NCBI GenBank assembly: GCA_964448935.1
Contig: CAYVBE010000002.1
Span: 3,594 to 67,593 of the forward strand
From: an uncultured candidatus Brocadiaceae bacterium
Lineage (GTDB): Bacteria; Planctomycetota; Brocadiia; SM23-32
Direction of reading: 5' to 3'
Length of the DNA: 64,000 nt
Shown here piece by piece: positions 1 to 9,539 of the stretch (positions are counted from its first letter, which is position 1; each line of letters starts with the position of its first letter). The translations under genes and the position numbers were made by a program. The notes under the pieces are model-generated. The model was not told the origin of the DNA. It ran no database searches and saw nothing but the letters and a program-made list of their open reading frames with translations.

Positions 1-395
1 ACGAAAGCGCCGCTGATGGAGGCCGTGCGCGTGCCTCCGTCCGCCTGGATGACGTTACAGTCTATCCAGATCGTCTTGCCCTTGAACTGGTTCAGGTCCA
101 CGGTGGAGCGCAGCACCCGGCCGATCAGACGTTGTATCTCCTGCTCTCGCCCACCGGGGTAGCGCCGCAGGCTGCGCCGTTCCGGGTTGGCGCCGGGCAA
201 CATGCAGTATTCGGCGCTCAGCCAGCCGATGTTCTCACCCAGGCAGTGCCTCGGCACGCGGTTCTGCACCATGGCGGTGCAGATGACGCGAGTTCTGCCC
301 ATCTCCATCAGGACCGACCCGCCGGCGTAGCAGGTATAGTCGCGCTGGATGCGCACGGGCCGAGTCTCGTCAACGGCTCTTCCATCGGTTCTCAA
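1..395 (-). CDS. rph: Ribonuclease PH (N-terminal part; 3' end lies left of the window)
   Basis: Absent from the ORF track because there is no stop codon in the window. Minus-strand translation from TTG at 395 gives (M)RTDGRAVDETRPVRIQRDYTCYAGGSVLMEMGRTRVICTA...NIGWLSAEYCMLPGA...EQEIQRLIGRVLRSTVDL...IDCNVIQADGGTRTASISGAF. This matches the conserved RNase PH blocks (GWxTAEYxMLP, EIQRLIxR, DCDVxQADGGTRTA). Confidence 0.85.
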   Translation of the reverse strand, partial: MRTDGRAVDETRPVRIQRDYTCYAGGSVLMEMGRTRVICTAMVQNRVPRHCLGENIGWLSAEYCMLPGANPERRSLRRYPGGREQEIQRLIGRVLRSTVDLNQFKGKTIWIDCNVIQADGGTRTASISGAF

Positions 396-536
396 GGCAG
401 TCCCCCGGTCCAGAGGCGGGTAAAGGCGTGAACCTTTATGGTAGCAGACCCGGCGCGGTAAGTAAAAACGCCCGTTCAAACCATCCGAGGCGGATCGGTG
501 CCGTCCCCAAACATCGCGCCGGCAAATGCGACGGCA

Positions 537-566
537 TTGACGTACATGCCGGGCAGGCAGTATAAC
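537..566 (+). promoter_or_regulatory. Candidate sigma70-type promoter for the giant propeller gene (TTGACG-18 nt-TATAAC)
   Basis: -35 TTGACG at 537-542 and -10 TATAAC at 561-566, in the divergent rph/giant-gene intergenic region. The spacer is 18 nt, slightly long. Confidence 0.4.
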
Positions 567-646
567 GAGGCTGATCCAGGGCATGGATCGGCGGAGAACC
601 GGACTCCCGGTGCCGTCACGGATGATGTTCTTTGAGAGGTGGCGCA

Positions 647-3600
647 ATGATTCCGCGCGGCAGGACGAGTGTTGCGATAGTTGCGGTGCTCCTGTCCCTT
701 CTACCCGGTTTGGGGTTCTGCGCCGGGTGGCCGGCTTACAGGGCGGACGCCGCTCGGACCGGCGCAACGGAGGAGCGACTGACCTTTCCCCTGAGGCTGG
801 CCTGGAAGTACGTTCCGCCCCGTCCTCCGGCGCCGGCGTGGCCTGAGGCGGCAAACAACCCGTGGGATATCAGCCGCCTGTATGGCCCGGGCCGCATTGG
901 CGAGAGCGATGTGCAGTTTTGGGGACAGAGGGCCACTTATGCCCGTTCCCTCAACCCCGATCCCGACTGGGGGGGAGCCGATTGGCAGGCGGAACGCGTG
1001 GACTTCGACTACGCTCCCCAGCCCGTGGTCGCGGGGGAACTCGCCTGTTTCGGCTCGACTACGGACGACACGGTTCGTGCCATAGATCTGTCGAGCGGCA
1101 AGCTCGCCTGGCGATTCACTACCGGGGGACCGATCCGGTTTGCGCCGGCTATCGCCCGGGGGAAAGCGTATGTGGCGTCCGATGACGGGTGGCTTTACTG
1201 CCTGAACGCGGCAAACGGAGAGTTGGTGTGGAAGTCCCGGGCGGCTCTGGCGGACGACCAGATACTGGGTAACGGCCGTATGATCTCCCGGTGGCCGCTG
1301 CGCAGCGGCGTTCTGGTAAGTGACGGTGTCGCTTACGTCACAGCCGGCATGTGGCCGGCCGAGGGGGTCTTTGTGTATGCGTTGGACGCCGAAACCGGCC
1401 GGATTCTCTGGTGCAACGACACCGGCAACGCCATGTGGATGGCCCAACCGCACGGGGGCTCGTACGCGATGACAGGGGTGGTGCCTCAGGGATACCTGCT
1501 TGCCTCAGAAGACCTGCTGCTCGTTCCCACGGGCAGGTCTGTGCCGGCGGCGTACGAGCGGAGCACGGGGCGGTTGCTCTATTACCGGCAGTCGGCTCAG
1601 AGAGCGGGTGGCAGCACATGGGCGTGCATTGACGAGGCGCGGGGGTGGTTCTTCAACCGCAACGTCGGCTGGCCGCTAATGGGTGCATATTCCCTGGCAT
1701 CGGGCGAGTGGACGCGCAAGCAGTGGTCGGTGGACGAACTGGTGGTCGGCCCCGATGGGGAGTACACGGCGGATTCTAACTCCGTGCGCGGTGAGGGATT
1801 GCAGGCCTCTCATCCCGGTTCCACATACTCGCTGGCTCTGGCAGGCCGGACGTTGCTGGCGGGCGGCGCCGACAGCATCACCGCTTACGACGTGCCGGAA
1901 AACAAGCAGGTCTGGCAGGCTGAAGTGGAAGGCGAGACGCGGGGCATAGCCGCTGCGAACGGGCGCCTGGTCGTCTCAACGAGCGAAGGTATCATCTACT
2001 GCTTCAAACCCGGCCGGGAGAGCGGCAAGCACCCCGTTCAGATCGCAAGCCCCACTGAGAACACGTCAACCGACACGGTTTCCCCGGCAGTTCAACGGGT
2101 TCTGGCGATAGTCGCAGAGCGCGGCCTGACAAAAGGATATGCCCTCGTTGTCGGCTCGGCGAATGCCCGTCTGGGACAGGAGATCGCCGCGCATACTTCC
2201 CTCCACGTCATTACGGTTCTAAAGGACGAGGCCAAAGTCGCCGCCGAAAGGCAACGGCTCCTTTCCGAGACCGATCTGTACGGAGCCCGCATCGCCGTGC
2301 AGTATCTGGCGAACCCATCGGACCTGCCCTACGCACCGTATTTCGCCAATCTCGTGGTTATCTGCGAAGAGCCCGAAGGGCTATCGGGAGAGGAACTCTA
2401 CCGCGTCCTGCGGCCGTGCGGCGGAATCATGTGCTTTGTGGGGGCCGGCCGTGCGACTCAAGCACAACTCCTCAAAGAGGCGGACGTGCCCCAGGACGAG
2501 ATCGAGTCCCGGCAAGACACTCAGGTCGTTGTCAGAGGGAAACTGCCGGGTGCGCTCGACTGGGATTCCGAGGTGACCTGCGACCAGCGGGTCAAGTGGC
2601 CGCTCGAGCTTCTGTGGCATGGCGGCCCGGGCCCGGCCAGGATGACCGACCGGCACTGGGGAGCCCCGCTTCCGGTGGCGGCCGAGGGGCGGTACTTTGT
2701 GATCGGGGAACACGATGTCATGGCCGTGGACGCGTATAACGGCTGCGAGCTCTGGTCGCGCCCGGTTGCCAACGCGTTCAGCCGGCCGCTCCGACTGCTC
2801 ACCGCCCTGGCCGCCGACGATCAGAGCGTGTACCTGACGTTCGGGCACATAACCTACCAACTCGACGCGCAGACGGGTGAGCAGTTGAAGGTCTACGGCG
2901 ATTTCGCGGCTCCGGAACGCCATTCGCTCGAAAAACCCCATGGGTTCGACTTTGAGTTGGACGAGCAGCACCGTGCCGCCATCGCGTTCAAGAACTCCTC
3001 CGACGGCCTGCTCGTGGCTCTGAAGACCGTGGACCCGGTGTTGACCCGTTGGGATGGCTGGGAGTTGTTTTTCGACTTCCGCCCGCCATCCAGGCGCACG
3101 GAACTCTACGGGCCGGGCGTTTTCCATCTGCTGGTCGAGACGAAGTCCGGCAAATGCAGGCCCGGCATCGGGCCGGTGCATCCGCACGTGAGAGTAACGC
3201 AATCAGAGTCGGGCGACGGCAGCGATATCGCCCTGCTAATCCCATGGGAGGAGATCGTCAAGATAATCGGGGATAAGCCGGCGGACTTCGGTTTCGCAGC
3301 CGTGCTGACCTCCGACGACGGCCGGGGCAGGCGCAAGACTAATCTCCTGGGGAGCAGATACGCCTACGTCTTCAACGACGGCTGGCCGACCTTTGTGCTG
3401 GACTCGGGGGAAGCTACTCCGCCGGCAGGCGGTTCGGCCGTGCCCGTTGTGCCCTGGAGCGAGTTGCCGGCCGTGGCGCGTCAAACGGGCGGACGACTGC
3501 CCTCCCGGCCCGGCGCGGAGGATTCCGCCGGCTGGAGAGGGTTCTGGCAGAAACAACTGGCAGGGCCCCTGCCCGGTCGGGCCCGGGACGAGACGCCGCT

Positions 3601-5710
3601 GTACGATCCGTCCCGCGTTCAGCCGTTCACGGGTGAGGAGCAGCCGAAGTCCTACCGGAAAGCCTACGGGTGCGCCGGAATCATCACTTCTGCCACGATG
3701 GACTTTTTCCGGTCGGGCACACTGGGGTTCTTTGACTTCGAGGACGACAGCGGCTTACGGAACTTCGGCGGGATGAAGCCCGGTTGCGGATTCTCCGGCG
3801 GCCTTCTTCCGGCGTTGGGGCTGCTCATCTCCAACGAAGCCAGCAGTGGCTGCACGTGTTCCTACAACCTGCAGTGCTCGCTGGCGCTGGCCCCGGCCGC
3901 AGAGCGCAGCAACGAGGACTGGGCGGTTCACTACAGTGAGGCCCGGCCGGGAGCGTCTCTGGAGGGAACGGCTCTCAACCTGGGCGCGCCAGGAGACCGG
4001 CGCGATGGCCGGGGCGCTTTGTGGCTCGGCATCCCGAGGCCGTGGACCGGGGAGGCGGGTCGGCGCGAAGGCTTAAGCCTGACCGTGCCTCTGCACACGG
4101 AAGGCTACCGGGGGGGCGGTGCTTACCGGGTGAACGCGGACCGGGTGCCTATCGAGGGAACGGAGCGCCCATGGATCTACGCTTCCGGCTATCGAGGTCT
4201 GAAGAGCGCGGTTCTTGACCTGTCATTCTATGAGCCGGTCCTTGGCGTACCGTCCTTCCAGTGCGAACGTGCTCCTGGCATAGACGGCCTTCTGGACGAC
4301 GCGTGCTGGGACGGCAGCGGCCGCGTTTGCTTTCCCCTGCAGGAGCAGTATGTCTACTGTTGGGAACCGGATCCACCGGAGCCTTCGGGGCATCCCGGAA
4401 CCAGAGTTTACATGCGTCACGATGAGCAGAACCTTTACGTCGCGGGCGTGCGCACGGCGAGAGTTAACGAGCGGGGGCGTGCCCTGCCCTGGAAGGCGCA
4501 GACGCAGGGACAGGATGCGCCTGTCTGGCAGGACGATTCGTTTGAAATGTACATCACGGGCAATGGAGTCCCGAAATTCGTTCACCTGGGTCTGTCCCCT
4601 TCCGGCGCCCGGTATGATGGGCTATGGAGCGCAGTTTGCGAGATCCCTCTTCTTGATGACATCGTGTTAGACGGCGAGGGAAGCGACTGGGCCGAGAAGG
4701 GTTTCCACATCAGTATGTTCGGCAAGGGAGAATGCCGCATCGGCTGGACCGACCGCGGACTTCTCCTGCTGGGGGAATTCGAAGATGGTTTCTTCCCCGG
4801 CGACAGGCGTTATCCGGACGTGGTGTTCGTGGCCGTTGACCTCGCAACGGGAGACTCACTTCAGCTCGCCGTCCGCCCCGGTGAAGGGATGTCGGTGATG
4901 GAGCACTACGCCGACCAGAGCGTCGAGAAGGCGCACGTCCAGCCGGCCACCGGCCGGACAGACGGCGCTTACGTCGTCGAGGCGCTGTTCCCCTGGGCGA
5001 CCCTGAACCTTGGACCTGCAACGCGCAAGGAGATCGGATTCGCCGTCGCCTGCGCCTCGCGCGACAGTCGGTGGTTTGCACGCGGGATGCGAGGGGTCGC
5101 CAGGGACTTCAATCACATGGCCCGTCTCCGCCTGGCCGACCGGGCAGGTGCGCCGGCCGCACTGACTGGGCCGGGTGCGCCCGCTCTACTTCGCGTTGAG
5201 GAAGACGCCGGCTGGAACGGCACCTGGTCCGGCGCGGTCAAGATGGACGGTGATACGGTGACCGCTGAAATGGCCATCCCGTGGACTACCCTGGCCGCCG
5301 TCGGGCTGGACAGGGATGCACTGACGGTGAAGTTCGATGAATCCGGGAAAGTAACGCCCTCCATGATAGAGGCAAAGGCACATGCAGGATACTTGCTGCC
5401 CGTGCATCCCATGGTGCCCCGGGCGACTGCAAATCCCTATACCGTCCGGTTGCACTTCGCCGAACCGGACGACGCAGCGCCCGGACAGCGCGTCTTCGAC
5501 GTCAAACTGCAGGGCCGCACCGTTCTGGAGCACCTGGACGTCGTGAAGGAAGCCGGAGGGCGTTTCCGGGCGCTGGTGAAGGAATTCAAGGGCGTTGAGG
5601 CCGAAAACGTCCTGACCGTCGAACTCGTCCCCCGAGCCGACGATCTGACGCCTTCTACGGCCCCTGTACTCTCCGGCCTGGAAGTGATGCTTGAACGCGA
5701 AGGCGAGTAG
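647..5710 (+). CDS. Giant secreted multidomain protein: PQQ-like beta-propellers, Rossmann/methyltransferase-like insert, CBM9/DOMON-like modules, C-terminal malectin-like domain
   Basis: Longest ORF in the window. ATG 647 is preceded by GAGAGGTGG; the track start 632 is a TTG. Signal peptide VAIVAVLLSLLPGLGFCAG is followed by WPAYRADAARTG, the usual opening of BamB/PQQ-like propeller proteins. Repeated propeller blades (GKLAWRF..., NGELVWKS...). Insert GYALVVGSANARLG...LRPCGGIMCF. CBM9-like signatures (DACWDG...NLYVAGV...WQDDSFEMYI). Malectin-like end (YTVRLHFAEPDD...VFDVKLQG). Confidence 0.85.
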   Translation: MIPRGRTSVAIVAVLLSLLPGLGFCAGWPAYRADAARTGATEERLTFPLRLAWKYVPPRPPAPAWPEAANNPWDISRLYGPGRIGESDVQFWGQRATYARSLNPDPDWGGADWQAERVDFDYAPQPVVAGELACFGSTTDDTVRAIDLSSGKLAWRFTTGGPIRFAPAIARGKAYVASDDGWLYCLNAANGELVWKSRAALADDQILGNGRMISRWPLRSGVLVSDGVAYVTAGMWPAEGVFVYALDAETGRILWCNDTGNAMWMAQPHGGSYAMTGVVPQGYLLASEDLLLVPTGRSVPAAYERSTGRLLYYRQSAQRAGGSTWACIDEARGWFFNRNVGWPLMGAYSLASGEWTRKQWSVDELVVGPDGEYTADSNSVRGEGLQASHPGSTYSLALAGRTLLAGGADSITAYDVPENKQVWQAEVEGETRGIAAANGRLVVSTSEGIIYCFKPGRESGKHPVQIASPTENTSTDTVSPAVQRVLAIVAERGLTKGYALVVGSANARLGQEIAAHTSLHVITVLKDEAKVAAERQRLLSETDLYGARIAVQYLANPSDLPYAPYFANLVVICEEPEGLSGEELYRVLRPCGGIMCFVGAGRATQAQLLKEADVPQDEIESRQDTQVVVRGKLPGALDWDSEVTCDQRVKWPLELLWHGGPGPARMTDRHWGAPLPVAAEGRYFVIGEHDVMAVDAYNGCELWSRPVANAFSRPLRLLTALAADDQSVYLTFGHITYQLDAQTGEQLKVYGDFAAPERHSLEKPHGFDFELDEQHRAAIAFKNSSDGLLVALKTVDPVLTRWDGWELFFDFRPPSRRTELYGPGVFHLLVETKSGKCRPGIGPVHPHVRVTQSESGDGSDIALLIPWEEIVKIIGDKPADFGFAAVLTSDDGRGRRKTNLLGSRYAYVFNDGWPTFVLDSGEATPPAGGSAVPVVPWSELPAVARQTGGRLPSRPGAEDSAGWRGFWQKQLAGPLPGRARDETPLYDPSRVQPFTGEEQPKSYRKAYGCAGIITSATMDFFRSGTLGFFDFEDDSGLRNFGGMKPGCGFSGGLLPALGLLISNEASSGCTCSYNLQCSLALAPAAERSNEDWAVHYSEARPGASLEGTALNLGAPGDRRDGRGALWLGIPRPWTGEAGRREGLSLTVPLHTEGYRGGGAYRVNADRVPIEGTERPWIYASGYRGLKSAVLDLSFYEPVLGVPSFQCERAPGIDGLLDDACWDGSGRVCFPLQEQYVYCWEPDPPEPSGHPGTRVYMRHDEQNLYVAGVRTARVNERGRALPWKAQTQGQDAPVWQDDSFEMYITGNGVPKFVHLGLSPSGARYDGLWSAVCEIPLLDDIVLDGEGSDWAEKGFHISMFGKGECRIGWTDRGLLLLGEFEDGFFPGDRRYPDVVFVAVDLATGDSLQLAVRPGEGMSVMEHYADQSVEKAHVQPATGRTDGAYVVEALFPWATLNLGPATRKEIGFAVACASRDSRWFARGMRGVARDFNHMARLRLADRAGAPAALTGPGAPALLRVEEDAGWNGTWSGAVKMDGDTVTAEMAIPWTTLAAVGLDRDALTVKFDESGKVTPSMIEAKAHAGYLLPVHPMVPRATANPYTVRLHFAEPDDAAPGQRVFDVKLQGRTVLEHLDVVKEAGGRFRALVKEFKGVEAENVLTVELVPRADDLTPSTAPVLSGLEVMLEREGE

Positions 5711-5713
5711 GTG

Positions 5714-7186
5714 TCACCGATCCATCAGGCGTTTGAGGTGGGCGCGGTCGGGGCGGACGGCCATGGTGGAGGCGTCGGCGTAGCTGACCTGCCCCTTTGA
5801 GGCCCCCTTCAGGCGGCGGACGTTTTTACAGCGGGTGTAGGTGACCTCGGCGTAGTCGGTGCCGCGTATCTTGGAGAAGTGGACCGCCAGTTGAGCGCCG
5901 TCCTGCAGGGCGGTCTGTGACACCTGCCCGTCCGGCCCCTGCCGCACCACCACGTGCGGTCCCGGCCAGCCGCGCACGTGCATCCAGTAATCGTTGCCGT
6001 TGGCGATGGTGAAGGTCAGCCGCTCGTTCTCCCGCGCGTTGCGTGCCACCAGTATCCGGTGACCGTCCCGTGATTCGAACTCGCGCGGCCCCGCCTTGCG
6101 TTTCCGCCGCTCCGTCACCGTCTCTTTCGAGGGCAGAAGGCCGGCCGCTTGCCACTGCTCGCGAAGTTCCCGCAGCTCCTCGGCGGCGTCGGCCGCCTCC
6201 GCCCTTTCGAGCGCGGACTGCAGCCGATCGAGTTCCCGCCGGGTGGCCTCCAGGCGTCGCTGCAGTTCCTCCCGACTGTCCATAGCTTTTCGATACCGGC
6301 GAAACAGCCGCTCCATGTTCTGCGTCGGGCTTAGCGCCGGGTCCAGCTCGATCCTCACCTGCGGCCGGTCGGGGTCGAAGACATCCTCCAGCATCACTTC
6401 CTCCTGCCCCTTGCGCAGCTTGTGCAGTGCCAGCTTGAGCAGCTCGCCCTTCCGCCGCCACGACTCGGCCTTCTCGGCGCGTTCCAATTCTTTGCGGATG
6501 TTATGCAATCGGCGCCGGACCCGCTTGATGCTCGTCTGCAGGGCCCCGGTTACTTCCGCGCGGAGGTCCGCCACCCGCTGCTCGGACTCAAGCCCGGCGT
6601 AATGGGCCTGTATGGCACCGCTGAGGGCCAGCGCATCATCCGGATCCCTGCGGTCGGCGAAGCGGTCACGGTAGGCCTCCTCAGGCAGGTCGCCGGGCGG
6701 CTCCGGCATCCGGTAGGGTTCCCCCGGCCAGAGCTTCCGGCGGGCTGAATTCTCCCGGCGCAGGCACGCCAGCACCCGGTCCGATTCGTCCACCAGCACC
6801 AGGTTCGAGGCCACGCCCATCAGCTCCGCCACCAGTTTGACCGGATGTGGGCGCATCAGTTGGTCCCGCTCGGTGAACTTCAACACCACGATGCGGTCAT
6901 TGGGAACCTGGCGCATGTCGCGCAGCGGCGCGTCCGTTATGTGCTGGCGAACCACGTTGCAGAAGCCCGTCGCGGGCTTTCCGTGCTCCGGTCGGGTGGT
7001 GAGCAAGTGGATGCGGCTGAAACGCTGGTGCGCGCACAGCAGCAGCCAGTAAACCAGTGCCCCGTCCCGCACCGTGAGCACGAGGCGGTCGGGCCGGGGC
7101 TGATCAATGCGCTCCAGGCGCCCGCCGCGCAGTCGGGGCGCCAGGTCGCGCACCACGGTTTTGATTTCAGCCATCGAAAGCGCCAT
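5714..7186 (-). CDS. rqcH: NFACT-family protein (RqcH / FbpA-like ribosome quality control factor)
   Basis: NFACT-N-like N-terminus containing the DR motif (VPNDRIVVLKF), a long Arg/Glu-rich coiled coil, and a C-terminal NFACT-R/DUF814 block (GHRILVARNARENERLTF...YWMHVRGWPGPHVVV). ATG at 7186. Confidence 0.7.
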   Translation of the reverse strand: MALSMAEIKTVVRDLAPRLRGGRLERIDQPRPDRLVLTVRDGALVYWLLLCAHQRFSRIHLLTTRPEHGKPATGFCNVVRQHITDAPLRDMRQVPNDRIVVLKFTERDQLMRPHPVKLVAELMGVASNLVLVDESDRVLACLRRENSARRKLWPGEPYRMPEPPGDLPEEAYRDRFADRRDPDDALALSGAIQAHYAGLESEQRVADLRAEVTGALQTSIKRVRRRLHNIRKELERAEKAESWRRKGELLKLALHKLRKGQEEVMLEDVFDPDRPQVRIELDPALSPTQNMERLFRRYRKAMDSREELQRRLEATRRELDRLQSALERAEAADAAEELRELREQWQAAGLLPSKETVTERRKRKAGPREFESRDGHRILVARNARENERLTFTIANGNDYWMHVRGWPGPHVVVRQGPDGQVSQTALQDGAQLAVHFSKIRGTDYAEVTYTRCKNVRRLKGASKGQVSYADASTMAVRPDRAHLKRLMDR

Positions 7187-7273
7187 CTGATCACCCGCCC
7201 GAGGGATAGGGAATTCAGGTTAGCCGGTCGCGGCCGGGCAGTCAAATCGGCAGGCCGGTAGAAGCTTCGGTTT

Positions 7274-7302
7274 TTGCATTGCTGGCCGCCAGGGCGTATA
7301 AT
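7274..7302 (+). promoter_or_regulatory. Candidate sigma70-type promoter of tatA (TTGCAT-17 nt-TATAAT)
   Basis: -35 TTGCAT at 7274-7279, a 17-nt spacer, and a perfect -10 TATAAT at 7297-7302. AAGGAG SD at 7339-7344, 6 nt before ATG 7351. Confidence 0.6.
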
Positions 7303-7350
7303 CCGAAGGTGACAGGCGCATACAGATGATACGGATACAAGGAGCACACG

Positions 7351-7587
7351 ATGTTAGGTTTTGTCAGCGGTCTGCCCGGCGGTGTCGAGTGGCTGATCAT
7401 CCTTGTCGTAGCCCTGCTCATTTTCGGTTCTCGCCTGCCCTCCGTGATGCGGTCCATGGGCAGAAGCATCAACGAGTTCAAGCGAGGTCTGAACGAGAGC
7501 ACGGATGAAGTGATCTCCGGTGACGACCAGCCCGATGAGCCGGAAAGCGACGAAGCTGAAGCGGAACCCTCCGACACCGCCGATTGA
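7351..7587 (+). CDS. tatA: Twin-arginine translocase subunit TatA/E
   Basis: 78 aa. GGVEWLIILVVALLIFGSRLPSVMRSMGRSINEFKRG is the canonical TatA TM helix plus amphipathic helix, followed by an acidic tail. Strong SD. Confidence 0.9.
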   Translation: MLGFVSGLPGGVEWLIILVVALLIFGSRLPSVMRSMGRSINEFKRGLNESTDEVISGDDQPDEPESDEAEAEPSDTAD

Positions 7588-7638
7588 GCCGTTTCCCGGA
7601 CGGCGGCCTTCCTCCACGCACATACCGAGGTGCGCCCG

Positions 7639-8967
7639 ATGTCCCTGCCTTTGTGGAATACCGACGAGCCGGATTTCGCCCCGCGATGGTCTGCCCTTAC
7701 GGGCAAGCTGGGCCTCGAGGAAGGTCTGACGGCCGGCCCCGCCGCGCGTGAACCCGCCATCAAGATAGTACGCCGGATCATAGACGATGTGCGGACGCGC
7801 GGCGACGAGGCGCTGGTGGATTACGCGGAGCAGTTCGACGGTTGCCGGCTCACGCCTGACCGGCTGCGAGTGCCGCCGGAGCAGATCGAGGAGGCCGTCG
7901 GGCGTTGTCCGGATGAACTGCTTGCCGCCCTGCGCAAGGCGGCGGACAGGATACGCCGGTTCCAGGAACATATACTCTGCCCTCAGCCTGAGCCATTGCG
8001 CGAGGGCGGACGGACGCTCAGGCTGCGCTATCGGGCGGTTGATTCGGCGGGCATCTACGTGCCGGGCGGCACGGCCTCCCTGGCCTCAACCGTGCTGATG
8101 ACCGCCCTGCCGGCGAAGGTGGCCGGCGTCGAGCGCATCGTGATGGTCTCCCCTCCCCGGCCGGACGGCGGCATCTCCGACGACAGGCTGGCGGCCGCGC
8201 ACGTTGCAGGTGTGGACGAGATTTACCGCATCGGCGGCGCGGGCGCCGTCGCTGCCCTGGCCTACGGCACGGAGTCTGTGGAGCCGGTGGACTTCATCGC
8301 CGGACCGGGCAACATCTACGTGACATTGGCCAAGAAGGAGGTCTTCGGGCAGGTGGGCATCGAGGCGCTGCCCGGGCCGAGCGAGGTGGTCATCATCACC
8401 GATGAGTCGGTCCCGCCCGAGTGGCTGGCGGCGGACCTGATATCCCAGGCCGAGCACAACCCCGGCTCCGCCGTCCTTCTGACGCCTTCGGAGGAAACCG
8501 CCCAGGCCGCAGTGGCGGCCGTCGAGGAGCAACTGGCCGACCTGCCGCGCGCCCACCGGACCCGGCGCTGCCTGGGCGACTATGGCGCCGCGCTCGTCAC
8601 GAAGTCCCTGGAGGAATGCGTGAGCCTGTGCAACGATCTGGCGCCGGAGCACCTGCAGATTATGACCGAGCAGCCGGAAGAGGTGCTGCGGGACATCCGG
8701 CATGCGGGGGCCGTTTTCCTGGGGCGTTGGACCCCCGTGCCCATAGGAGACTACCTGGCCGGCCCGTCGCACGTGCTGCCCACAGGCAGCACGGCCCGGT
8801 ATGCGAGCGGCCTGAGCGCCAACGACTTCCGCAAACGGACGAGCCTCATCCAGTACGGCCGGGAAGCCCTGAAGGAAGACGCCGGCCCGCTGAGCCGGCT
8901 TGCCCGGGCCGAGGGCCTGGAAGGACACGCCCGGACGGTCGAGTTGCGCACGGAACAGGAGGCCTGA
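7639..8967 (+). CDS. hisD: Histidinol dehydrogenase
   Basis: GIYVPGGTASLASTVLMTALPAKVAGV, SQAEHNPGSAVLL, APEHLQI and GDYLAGPSHVLPTGSTARYASGLS are HisD signature blocks. The track start 7630 is GTG. ATG 7639 has GAGG 8 nt upstream, so I chose it. Confidence 0.93.
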   Translation: MSLPLWNTDEPDFAPRWSALTGKLGLEEGLTAGPAAREPAIKIVRRIIDDVRTRGDEALVDYAEQFDGCRLTPDRLRVPPEQIEEAVGRCPDELLAALRKAADRIRRFQEHILCPQPEPLREGGRTLRLRYRAVDSAGIYVPGGTASLASTVLMTALPAKVAGVERIVMVSPPRPDGGISDDRLAAAHVAGVDEIYRIGGAGAVAALAYGTESVEPVDFIAGPGNIYVTLAKKEVFGQVGIEALPGPSEVVIITDESVPPEWLAADLISQAEHNPGSAVLLTPSEETAQAAVAAVEEQLADLPRAHRTRRCLGDYGAALVTKSLEECVSLCNDLAPEHLQIMTEQPEEVLRDIRHAGAVFLGRWTPVPIGDYLAGPSHVLPTGSTARYASGLSANDFRKRTSLIQYGREALKEDAGPLSRLARAEGLEGHARTVELRTEQEA

Positions 8968-8977
8968 CGCCCGCCTC

Positions 8978-9445
8978 TCACGATTCTTCTTCCTCGTCCT
9001 CCATCGGCGGGTAGCCGGGTGGCGGCTCTTCCTCTATCGGACGGAATTCCCGATGCCAGGACGCCCCGCCGCCGTGGGTCTCCATGTTCTTTCGCATCCA
9101 TCTCCTGATGAAATTCCGAATGGGCACGCGGGTGAAGGGGATGACCAGCAGGAAGCCGGCGGCGTCTGTCAGGACTCCGGGGGTGATCAGCAGAGCGCCG
9201 GCGATCAGTATCATCACGCCGTCCATCAGACCGTCCGCCGGCAACTCCCCGCGCTCCATCGAGTGCTGGATGTTGCGCAGGACTCTGAGCCCTTCCAAAC
9301 GGGTCAGTGTAGCGCCCACGATGCCGGTGACGATAACCAGCAATATCGTCAGCAGCAGGCTGTCCCACAACTGGGTGAGCCGGACCAGCAGGTAGAGTTC
9401 CACCAGCGGCACGGCCGTCAGGAGCACTATGAGTTTCCAGAGCAT
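8978..9445 (-). CDS. fxsA: FxsA family membrane protein
   Basis: LWKLIVLLTAVPLVELYLLVRL...LLTILLVIVTGIVGATLTR.EGLR...ILIAGALLITPGVLTDAAGFLLVIPFTR matches the FxsA pattern, with a Pro/Glu-rich C-terminal tail. The start is uncertain: ATG 9445 or GTG 9469. Confidence 0.8.
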   Translation of the reverse strand: MLWKLIVLLTAVPLVELYLLVRLTQLWDSLLLTILLVIVTGIVGATLTRLEGLRVLRNIQHSMERGELPADGLMDGVMILIAGALLITPGVLTDAAGFLLVIPFTRVPIRNFIRRWMRKNMETHGGGASWHREFRPIEEEPPPGYPPMEDEEEES

Positions 9446-9539
9446 CGCGTGGCCCAAACCGTTTGACACAAGTTGCCGGGCGCAATTAGACTTACCGTCC
9501 CCATTTTAACCGATCAGTTCTGCCCTGTCAGAGCCGTGT

